Shown piece by piece: positions 8,075 through 15,967 of a DNA stretch of 32,000 bases; the first letter of the stretch is position 1, and each line of letters opens with the position of its first letter. The position numbers and the translations under genes were made by a program. Source of the stretch: Candidatus Scalindua sp. (GTDB lineage: Bacteria; Planctomycetota; Brocadiia; Brocadiales; Scalinduaceae); the NCBI GenBank assembly GCA_031316235.1, contig JALDRA010000001.1, forward strand, positions 180,001 to 212,000. The letters are read 5' to 3'. Below the pieces are notes generated by a model. That model saw nothing but the letters and a program-made list of their open reading frames with translations, was not told the origin of the DNA and made no database searches.

Positions 8075-11000
8075 CTACGCATGTTCAGCAAATTTTGCAT
8101 CTTTAATATTATGTTTGATCTTCCACTCCATAACAGCGCAATAAAGCACCGGCACAATGAACATGGTCATAATCGCTATCAGCATTCCTCCGAAGCTTGG
8201 AATTGCCATCGGAACCATGATATCAGAGCCGCGCCCGGTTGAGGTCAGGACAGGAATCAAGGCGAGGATAGTGGTTGCTGTCGTCATCAAACAGGGACGC
8301 ACCCTTCTTAATCCTGCCACAATAGTAGCCTTTCTGGCATCTTCACGTGAGCCAATCTCCCGTTTCAAGAAACTCTGATCCAGGTAGGTTGCAACTACAA
8401 CTCCATCATCAGTGGCAATCCCGAACAGGGCAAGAAAACCCACCCAGACAGCGACACTCAGGTTAATCGTATGCACCTGAAACAGATCCCTCATGTTCGT
8501 CCCAAACACTTCGAAGTCAAGGAACCATGGTTGCCCGTACAGCCAGATCATCAAGAATCCACCGGACCAGGCAATCAATATGCCGCTGAAAACAAGTGAA
8601 GTGGTGATGGTCGATTTGAACTGAAAGTATAGAATAATAAAAATAATGAATAATGCCACCGGCATGACAATAGACAGCGTTTTCTGAGAGCGTATCTGGT
8701 TCTCATAACTACCCGCAAACGTGTAGCTGACCCCGGGTGGGATGATAAACTCGCCGTTTTCGATTTTCTGTTTCAGATAACGCTGGCACGCTTCGACAAC
8801 ATCCACTTCGGCCTGCCCCTCCTTCATGTCGAAAATCACATAACTTACAAGATACGTATCTTCGCTCTTGATTACCTGAGGCCCCCGTACGTAGTTGATA
8901 TCAGCCACCTGTTCTATGGGGATCTGCGCGCCATCCGGGGCCACGACTAATATACGACCGAGCTGCTCAATCTGGTCCCGCAATTCACGCATATACCTGA
9001 CCCTGACCGGATACCGCTCTCTTCCTTCGACAGTTGTCGTAATACGACGGCCACCGATAGCAATCTCGATCACATCCTGGACCTGACGTATTGTAAGGCC
9101 ATAACGCGCAATAGCCACTCTATCAAAGTCAATCTCGATATACGGTTTGCCTACTGTGCGGTCTGCTATGACTGCCGGAGCTTCGACACTGGGCACTTCC
9201 TTTAAAAATCGCTCAACATCCAGAGAAACCTTCTCAATGGTCTCCAGATCAGGCCCTTTGACCTTGACACCCATCGGCGCCCGCATACCGCTCTGAAGCA
9301 TCACGATCCTCGCGGCAATAGGCTGCAGCTTCGGCGCGGAGGTAGTGCCGGGAATTTGTGCCGCATCAACTATCTCGTTCCAGATATCATCCGGCGTCTT
9401 GATGTTCTCACGCCACTGACGGTAATGTTTTCCGTCCGAATCCGGAATCAGGTTACCATCCTGGTCTCTGACAAACTCCTGCCTGTTTTTGTCAAAGCGG
9501 AACTTGATACGATGTCCCTCCTCGTCGGTAATATATTCCGGCTTATAATTGATTATGATCTCGATCATAGAAAGCGGAGCCGGGTCTAACGGACTTTCAA
9601 TCCTGCCCAGCTTGCCTACTGCCATATCCACTTCCGGAATAGAAGAGATTTGTTTGTCCTGAAACTGCAGAACGTCGAGGACCTCACCTATCGAGGCATG
9701 CGGCATTGTTATTGGCATGTAGAGGTACGAACCTTCATCGAGTGGGGGCATGAATTCCTTACCAAATCCGGGAACTGCGTCAGATACACTCTTCCATACT
9801 GTTGTATTACGAATTGTACCGGGAAGGAAACTGAAGAGACGATCAACTCCCATCCATGCACTAATCCCCGATACCAGAATAATGAGCGGCACTATCATGA
9901 AAAGCATCTTATGGTCCAGGCACCACCGGAGTATGGGAGCATACAGAAACCGCTGAAATATCTGAAAAAACAGTAACAATCCTCCTATGAGGAACGCAAC
10001 GAAGGCAAGGTTACGCATCATGCCTTTTCCCGGGCCAAGGGGAAGCCAGCTGGTAGTCAGGATAATCCCGACCAACAGGGCAGCGGCAAGAATGGCTACC
10101 CATTTCCCATAACTTCTTATGGGAGATGGCACATAGTCTTCTGATAAATGATAGGCCCCCATGGCGGCAATGATAAGTCCGGCCCACCAGGCAAACCAGA
10201 TGCTGATGACGACACCGACAGCAACCAGCAGTGACAAGAAAAACTGCTTCAGCCTTTTAGACCGAATACGAGCTGAGAAAAGGATGTGGGCTGCCGGGGG
10301 GATGATAGTTAATGCCACAATAACTGAAGAGAAGAGGGCAAAGGTCTTGGTAAAAGCGAGTGGTTTGAATAATCTCCCTTCGGCTCCGATCATTGTAAAG
10401 ACAGGCAGGAAGCTGACAATTGTGGTTGAGACAGCAGTAAGTACAGCGCCCGAAACCTCCCTGGTCGCCCGGAAGATTACTTCCAGCCGATCCTCCTCAG
10501 GGTCGGCCTCGTCCAGGTGTCTCAGAATGTTCTCACACATGATGATCCCCATATCAACCATGGTGCCAATGGCTATGGCTATACCGGAGAGAGCTACGAT
10601 ATTGGCATCCACGCTGAAGGTCTTCATCGCAATAAAGCACATCAGCACGGCAATGGGAAGCAGAGCGCTGATTAAGATGGAACTGCGAAGATGCATTACC
10701 AATACAAGCACAACGATGATTGTCACCAGAATTTGCTCGGTAAGCGCGGTATTCAATGTGCCAAGCGTCTCATAGATAAGGCCTGTGCGGTCATAGAATG
10801 GCACAACGGTTACGTGACTGGTATTGATCCATGCGGGCCAATCCTCGCGTGGATTTGTATGTAACCACTTCAGCCAATCCTCCTGGTTCAATTCTACGCT
10901 GTTGAAGGCGTCAAAACCTCTGGAAGCCGCAAAAGCTTCAATCTCAGCACGCGTAACCATGTGATAGTCAACCACAGCCTTAGTCGGAAGACCGGGTGAA

Positions 11001-12031
11001 ATTTCCTCAATTTTTTCCTTAATATTTTTAATCGATTGCAAGGGGTTAAACCCGTAACGGACTACAACGCTGCCTCCGGCTGCCTCGGCCCCTCCTTTGT
11101 CAAGGGCCCCCCGCCGCAGCGCTGGCCCCAGCGTAACCTTCGCGACATTCTTGACATAAATGGGAATATTCTCGTTGACAGTAACTACTGACATTTCGAT
11201 ATCGCTGACCTTTTCGATGAAGCCCAGACCACGGATGATATACTCCGCTTTGTTTATATCAATTGTACGGGCGCCCACATCAATGTTAGACATGCGGACA
11301 GCCATGAAGACGTCTTCCAGGGAGACCCTGGCAGCCCGCATAGCGTCAGGGTCTACATCGACCTGATACTCCTGCACATAGCCACCAATAGAAGCTACCT
11401 CGCTGATCCCCTCGGCCGCAAGAAGAAAATACCTGACATACCAGTCCTGGATTGTCCGCAGCTCATTCAGGTCCCATCCTCCAATCGGATTTCCGTCAGG
11501 ATCTCGTCCTTCGAGTGTATACCAGTAAACCTGGCCTAACACGGTAGCATCAGGCCCGAGAGCCGGCTGGACCCCTTCAGGCAATAACCCCGCGGGGAGG
11601 CTGTTCAGCTTTTCAAGCACCCTGGACCTTGACCAGTAGAATTCGATGTCATCATTGAAAATAATGTAGATAGAGGAAAAACCGAAGAATGAGTAACTTC
11701 GGATAGTCTCAACGCCCGGGACACCAAGCAGTGAAACTGTCAACGGATAGGTAATCTGGTCCTCGACGTCTTGCGGAGAACGCCCTATCCATTCGGTAAA
11801 GACAATCTGCTGATTTTCACCGATGTCAGGAATGGCGTCAACCGGAACCGGATTTCGCGGCAAGCCGCCAATCTTCCAATCGAATGGAGCAACTACCACC
11901 CCCCATCCTATCATTGCAAGCATCACCAGTGCCACCACCAGCTTATTCTTAAGGCAGAACAGGACTATTTTGTCGAGAAACGATATCTTGTCACCGGTAG
12001 TTGAATCAGAGGTCTGACGGGTTTCATTCAT
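8075..12031 (-). CDS. cusA: CusA/CzcA-family heavy-metal RND efflux permease, long form (about 1318 aa)
   Basis: ORF 8075..12058. The likely start is ATG 12031 (MNETRQ), overlapping the cusB stop (ATGAATGA). The sequence has the pattern of a 12-TM RND pump with two large periplasmic loops, plus extra segments (see findings). Confidence 0.9.
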   Translation of the reverse strand: MNETRQTSDSTTGDKISFLDKIVLFCLKNKLVVALVMLAMIGWGVVVAPFDWKIGGLPRNPVPVDAIPDIGENQQIVFTEWIGRSPQDVEDQITYPLTVSLLGVPGVETIRSYSFFGFSSIYIIFNDDIEFYWSRSRVLEKLNSLPAGLLPEGVQPALGPDATVLGQVYWYTLEGRDPDGNPIGGWDLNELRTIQDWYVRYFLLAAEGISEVASIGGYVQEYQVDVDPDAMRAARVSLEDVFMAVRMSNIDVGARTIDINKAEYIIRGLGFIEKVSDIEMSVVTVNENIPIYVKNVAKVTLGPALRRGALDKGGAEAAGGSVVVRYGFNPLQSIKNIKEKIEEISPGLPTKAVVDYHMVTRAEIEAFAASRGFDAFNSVELNQEDWLKWLHTNPREDWPAWINTSHVTVVPFYDRTGLIYETLGTLNTALTEQILVTIIVVLVLVMHLRSSILISALLPIAVLMCFIAMKTFSVDANIVALSGIAIAIGTMVDMGIIMCENILRHLDEADPEEDRLEVIFRATREVSGAVLTAVSTTIVSFLPVFTMIGAEGRLFKPLAFTKTFALFSSVIVALTIIPPAAHILFSARIRSKRLKQFFLSLLVAVGVVISIWFAWWAGLIIAAMGAYHLSEDYVPSPIRSYGKWVAILAAALLVGIILTTSWLPLGPGKGMMRNLAFVAFLIGGLLLFFQIFQRFLYAPILRWCLDHKMLFMIVPLIILVSGISAWMGVDRLFSFLPGTIRNTTVWKSVSDAVPGFGKEFMPPLDEGSYLYMPITMPHASIGEVLDVLQFQDKQISSIPEVDMAVGKLGRIESPLDPAPLSMIEIIINYKPEYITDEEGHRIKFRFDKNRQEFVRDQDGNLIPDSDGKHYRQWRENIKTPDDIWNEIVDAAQIPGTTSAPKLQPIAARIVMLQSGMRAPMGVKVKGPDLETIEKVSLDVERFLKEVPSVEAPAVIADRTVGKPYIEIDFDRVAIARYGLTIRQVQDVIEIAIGGRRITTTVEGRERYPVRVRYMRELRDQIEQLGRILVVAPDGAQIPIEQVADINYVRGPQVIKSEDTYLVSYVIFDMKEGQAEVDVVEACQRYLKQKIENGEFIIPPGVSYTFAGSYENQIRSQKTLSIVMPVALFIIFIILYFQFKSTITTSLVFSGILIAWSGGFLMIWLYGQPWFLDFEVFGTNMRDLFQVHTINLSVAVWVGFLALFGIATDDGVVVATYLDQSFLKREIGSREDARKATIVAGLRRVRPCLMTTATTILALIPVLTSTGRGSDIMVPMAIPSFGGMLIAIMTMFIVPVLYCAVMEWKIKHNIKDAKFAEHA

Positions 12032-14456
12032 GATGATGTTCCCCCTTATGCTCATCAACTTTTTCGCCTGTCTGAGTACTGCGCACAGACAGGTCAGAGA
12101 TTAATTCTACCCTATCGGCACACTTCAGCATGGCTTGACCAAAATAGGGATTCCTGACCTGCTTATCACCCTGCAGCCACATTGCTCCCCTGCCGTCAAA
12201 TACCATTGGACAATGCAACTGATAAACAGTTCCGGATCCGACCGGTTTAAAGGTTTTGACCAACACCAAAAGTTCATCGGAAAGCGAGGAAAAGTTTTCC
12301 CGAATATATTTCAGATCCTCTGACTGACTCATGCTTTGCAGTATCTGAACGAGATTGGTATATTCTTTCTTCCATGCTTTATGAGCATCTTCGGCAAGAG
12401 GTCCAGCATCTATAGATGAGAGAGATGTTTGAAGATCTGCAATCGTCTGATGGGCGAGTGAAAAATCGTCACCGGCAAGTGCCTCCTGAAGTGACAGATA
12501 CCCCTCCCACAGCTTGACGAGCTGTGTCTGAAACTCAGCAGGGATTTCCAGATGCTTCAATGGCCGCACACTTTGAGTATCATGCGAAGTACCTAACCTG
12601 TCACGTACACGGCTCATATTATTTGTCAATACCTTAAATACACGTTCGGCATCTGTAAACTCTTTTACTTCACGGCCTTCCACAACGTCATTGTTCAAGA
12701 GCATGGAAAACTCCTCCCACAGCATCCGAAGATGTCCGCTCAAAAGAGTTCCATCCACTCTGCTGAGGTCTCTGCCAAAAGCATGCATTTCTTCACGAAA
12801 GAGGCCAAGATCCTTCAGCTTAACAGTCTTTGCTACCTCCCTATAAGCCGATTTCAGTGTTTGCAGTTGAGTCTGGAACTCTGCCGGAATACCACTCGGA
12901 GTCATCATTTCCCCCTGTCCGGCTTTGGTGGGTTTTTCTCCACCGCCGTGATGATGCCCTCCTCCTCCGCCACCCTCAGGTGTCATCATACTTGGTTTGG
13001 CCTGAATCTGGACAGCACTGTCAATCTTGAAGTTTCCGTTGGTAACTACTATCTCACCTTCCTTCAGGCCACTTCGAACCAGGTAGTAATCGCCGGCCCG
13101 TGGTCCAAGCACTATCTCTCGTCCTTCGAATGTCGGCTGGTCGGTATCGGGGATCTCGACATAGACAATAGCTCTGGTACCGGTCACTAAAGCGGCTGTA
13201 ACAGGAATTACTAAAGGCTTAGGCACTTCCTCCCGGACTACGGCAACATAGCCAAGTGATTCGGCTCGCACCAGCGGCATACCGCAGTTGTCACACTTGC
13301 CGGAATATTCTTTTATGATCTCCGGGTGCATCGGGCATATCCATTTTCCAGCCATATGCGGATCTATGACTCTTCCACCGGTTGAAATCTGCGTCCGAAC
13401 GATCCCATGCACAAACATCTCCGGCTTCAGTTTGCCTGAGAGATTGGGCACATTGACCCTGACCTTCACGGTGCGGGTTTTATCATTCAGCACCGGGTCA
13501 ATAAAGGCTATTCTCCCGACAAACTCCTCACCCGGATACGTTTCTGTTATGAAAGTGGTTTCCTGGCCATATCGTAACCAGACAAGATCTGACTCGTACG
13601 CATCCATCATAACCCATACCTGGCTCAAGTCGGCAACCGTGTAAATACGGTCACCTGTTTTGACATAATCCCCTTCTTGAAGGGTTTTCTCGATCACAAT
13701 TCCGGTCATGGGAGAGTAGACGGTTAAATGGTCTGACGGTTTTGCACTCTCCTCAATTTCCTGTATCTGCTCCACAGTCATTCCCCACAGCCTCAGCCTC
13801 TCTCTAACAGGTTCAAGCAAATCAGCAACATCCGGGTAAATGGATGTCTTACCTTCCTGTTTTCGCACGCGTTTTAAAACCTGAATCAGCTCATCCTGTG
13901 TTGAGTAGAGATCAGGGCTGTAAATGTAAACCATATGGTCACCTTTCTTTACCTCCACTCCCGTATAATCCACGTAGAGACGATCCAGACGACCGGATAT
14001 CCAGGCCGTAATGTATCCCAGCCGGGTCTCATCATAATCAACTTTACCCACCATCCTTACCTCGGCAGTAACATAGCGCCGTTCAACAGGCGTAGTCTGT
14101 ATCTTCATCATTGCACGTGCGGCTTCACTGATAACGATCTGCCGCATGCCTGACATTTCCTTACCCGTAGCTGCAGAAGCTACCGGAATAAGGTCCATCC
14201 CGCAGATAGGGCATTTGCCAGGCCCCTGTCTCTGAATATTTGGATGCATGGAACATGTCCAGAACATCGGTTGTTCCTTTTCATTTTGTACAGAAGTGGC
14301 TATCTGATTTGAAGGTATTTCTGTTGCGGTGTCTGTAAAAAGCCAATGGAAGAATATTCCTGAACAGAACACCAATACAAGTTGCCCGATGAGCAGCTCT
14401 CTTTTATATTTGACAAAAAACTTTTCACCCCGTTCATGATCAGATACATTACTCAT
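12024..14456 (-). CDS. cusB: CusB-like RND periplasmic adaptor (membrane fusion protein) with two CxMHP-CxxCGM metal motifs and a roughly 315-aa C-terminal extension
   Basis: 810 aa. N-terminal TM anchor. WTCSMHPNIQRQGPGKCPICGM and WICPMHPEIIKEYSGKCDNCGM motifs. MFP core (lipoyl, hairpin and barrel-like sequence). GGGGGGHHHGGG linker. Duplicated IPAEFQTQL modules. C-terminal HCPM...NPYFGQAMLKC and a HKGEHHHE tail. GGAG lies 9 nt upstream of the ATG. Confidence 0.85.
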   Translation of the reverse strand: MSNVSDHERGEKFFVKYKRELLIGQLVLVFCSGIFFHWLFTDTATEIPSNQIATSVQNEKEQPMFWTCSMHPNIQRQGPGKCPICGMDLIPVASAATGKEMSGMRQIVISEAARAMMKIQTTPVERRYVTAEVRMVGKVDYDETRLGYITAWISGRLDRLYVDYTGVEVKKGDHMVYIYSPDLYSTQDELIQVLKRVRKQEGKTSIYPDVADLLEPVRERLRLWGMTVEQIQEIEESAKPSDHLTVYSPMTGIVIEKTLQEGDYVKTGDRIYTVADLSQVWVMMDAYESDLVWLRYGQETTFITETYPGEEFVGRIAFIDPVLNDKTRTVKVRVNVPNLSGKLKPEMFVHGIVRTQISTGGRVIDPHMAGKWICPMHPEIIKEYSGKCDNCGMPLVRAESLGYVAVVREEVPKPLVIPVTAALVTGTRAIVYVEIPDTDQPTFEGREIVLGPRAGDYYLVRSGLKEGEIVVTNGNFKIDSAVQIQAKPSMMTPEGGGGGGHHHGGGEKPTKAGQGEMMTPSGIPAEFQTQLQTLKSAYREVAKTVKLKDLGLFREEMHAFGRDLSRVDGTLLSGHLRMLWEEFSMLLNNDVVEGREVKEFTDAERVFKVLTNNMSRVRDRLGTSHDTQSVRPLKHLEIPAEFQTQLVKLWEGYLSLQEALAGDDFSLAHQTIADLQTSLSSIDAGPLAEDAHKAWKKEYTNLVQILQSMSQSEDLKYIRENFSSLSDELLVLVKTFKPVGSGTVYQLHCPMVFDGRGAMWLQGDKQVRNPYFGQAMLKCADRVELISDLSVRSTQTGEKVDEHKGEHHHE

Positions 14457-14484
14457 TTCAAGATCTCCAAAATCCAGTGTATGA

Positions 14485-14624
14485 TATACTCATCTTATAA
14501 TTGTTTTCGGATAAAATCCGAGATAAAATTGAGCGAGTACAAGTCCTCGGCGCTTTTTGTCCGGGGATGCCTTCACCAGGATTTGGTTTCCGGTAAAACC
14601 GAAAACCAAATCGGTTTTAGTATA
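14485..14624 (-). repeat. Full-length copy of a structured intergenic repeat in the cusB leader (bounded by tatact...agtata); contains the 81-bp core 14505..14585 and a hairpin at 14594..14619
   Basis: Core 14505..14585 is the reverse complement of 15071..15151 (80/81 identical). The ends match the 29-bp mini-copy at 24422..24450. Confidence 0.8.
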
Positions 14625-14730
14625 CTAACTCTATAAACTATCTTCATTTCTTTCATCAGTGCATGCTAAAGAGATACAACTGAAATTATAAACAAATGTA
14701 TTGCTCAATAATAGCGATAACCTCCTATTG

Positions 14731-14745
14731 ACAAATCACATGCCA
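14731..14745 (-). promoter_or_regulatory. Candidate sigma-54 promoter for the cusB operon
   Basis: The minus strand reads TGGCATGTGATTTGT (TGGCAY-N5-TTGT), about 275 nt upstream of the cusB ATG. It is the only TGGCA site on this strand in the 780-bp intergenic region. Confidence 0.45.
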
Positions 14746-14798
14746 GCTAAGTGAACAGCAATAAATTGTTTCATTATATAAAGGGCGCGTTTTGCATA

Positions 14799-14823
14799 CA
14801 ATTTCAGGTATTTATTGAAATTG
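14799..14823. promoter_or_regulatory. Palindrome CAATTTCA-N9-TGAAATTG, possible activator (UAS) site about 67 bp upstream of the cusB sigma-54 promoter
   Basis: Perfect 8-bp inverted repeat seen in the sequence. Its position relative to the -24 element fits enhancer-binding-protein sites. No second copy was found upstream of the YHS promoter. Confidence 0.25.
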
Positions 14824-15059
14824 AAGGAATCTATCTCACTGAAATCATATAACTTATGATTCTAAAAGCTTTTGTTGGAAATGCAAAATATTTAATTATC
14901 TTTTTTTAGAAATGGCAACCGATGTTGATCAGATAAAAATGAATGCAGCGTTCAATTACTGCTTATCATACCAAACATGTTTTATATGCAACTATTCATT
15001 GTGGCATATAAAACTATTCTGACAGATGTACGATAAAAGAGATCCAGTGCGAAACGTTT

Positions 15060-15169
15060 TATACTAAAACCAAATCCTGGTGAAGGTATCCCCGGACAAA
15101 AAGCGCCGAGGACTTGTACTCGCTCAATTTTATCTCGGATTTTATCCGAAATCCAGTATGAGCGGGATA
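15060..15169 (+). repeat. Second copy of the structured intergenic repeat, in the leader of the PAS/Cys gene
   Basis: It starts with tatactaaaac. The core 15071..15151 is 80/81 identical to the reverse complement of 14505..14585. The right junction (ccagtatgagcgggata) has diverged. Confidence 0.8.
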
Positions 15170-15237
15170 ATGTCATACATTGTCATATTGACGTACATGC
15201 TAGTATACGGGTACTTACGAAACCCGAAAGGAACACC

Positions 15238-15753
15238 ATGGTAAAATACAAAGAGCTATTTAATAAGTTTACTATTCCAGCATTTGTCATCAATAAGGAT
15301 CGAGAAGTCGTTGATATAAATGAAAGCATGCTAAAGCTCTTTGGAAGTTACAAGTTAAAACGGGATCCAATGAAATGCTACACCTTATTCTACTGTTCAG
15401 AGGTGCCTTGCGAGCAAAGAATGCTTATATGTCCAGCCATGAAAACTTTTGAAAATGGTTTAAAATCACGTGCAATACATAAAAACAAAACTGATATAGG
15501 AGAAATAGTGCACGAGATAATTACTGTACCAATATTTGGAAAACAAGGTGGAGTGGAATATGTCTTAGGTGAATACCATTCAAGTTTGCAGGAGTTTCGG
15601 GGATTAATCACAATGTGCTCCTCTTGTAAAAAAATAAGGATGGAAAATGGCCAGTGGAGTTCACCTGAGGAGTATATTCAATCACATACAACAGGAGTTG
15701 AAATAAGTCACAGCTATTGCCACAGCTGTCTGAAATATTTTACGTCTAAATAA
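15238..15753 (+). CDS. Small cytoplasmic PAS-like protein with a 4-Cys cluster and a C-terminal CxxC...HxxCxxC zinc-ribbon-like tail
   Basis: 171 aa. N-terminal PAS-like pattern (IPAFVINKDREVVDINESMLKLFG). Cys cluster CYTLFYCSEVPCEQRMLIC. Tail ITMCSSCKKIRMENGQWSSPEEYIQSHTTGVEISHSYCHSC. GAAAGGAA lies upstream of the ATG. Confidence 0.7.
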   Translation: MVKYKELFNKFTIPAFVINKDREVVDINESMLKLFGSYKLKRDPMKCYTLFYCSEVPCEQRMLICPAMKTFENGLKSRAIHKNKTDIGEIVHEIITVPIFGKQGGVEYVLGEYHSSLQEFRGLITMCSSCKKIRMENGQWSSPEEYIQSHTTGVEISHSYCHSCLKYFTSK

Positions 15754-15967
15754 AACGGAAGCGAAGTGTCCGTCACGTACAAGAAAGACCTGCTCTCCAT
15801 TAACACTATGAGAGAACGTATCCTCCATGTTTCGTAATTTAATACCATTTGCAGGAGTATCATTCCCGTCAGAAAGATTTTCGGCTTGTGAATGGTATGC
15901 AGGCCGGGCGGGAACACTGACACACGGAAAACATGATTCTCAACTATCTATCCATGAACGAAAAATA

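Noticed and set aside
8157-14153. Plus-strand ORFs nested in cusA and cusB (for example 10161..10775 at 204 aa, 12732..13190 at 152 aa, 13288..13644 at 118 aa)
   Set aside because: They are antisense to long, motif-supported genes and have a composition typical of shadow frames. There is no independent evidence for them.
14913-14928. TGGCAACCGATGTTGA on the plus strand, a possible sigma-54 promoter for the PAS gene
   Set aside because: The -24/-12 spacing is one nucleotide too long and the -12 element is TTGA. It does not match the pattern shared by the other three sites.
14382-15176. ORFs 14382..14636 (+) and 14982..15176 (-) in the cusB/PAS intergenic region
   Set aside because: Both are read through copies of the intergenic repeat, so the 'protein' similarity is a repeat artefact. 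They lack SDs, and one overlaps the cusB start.
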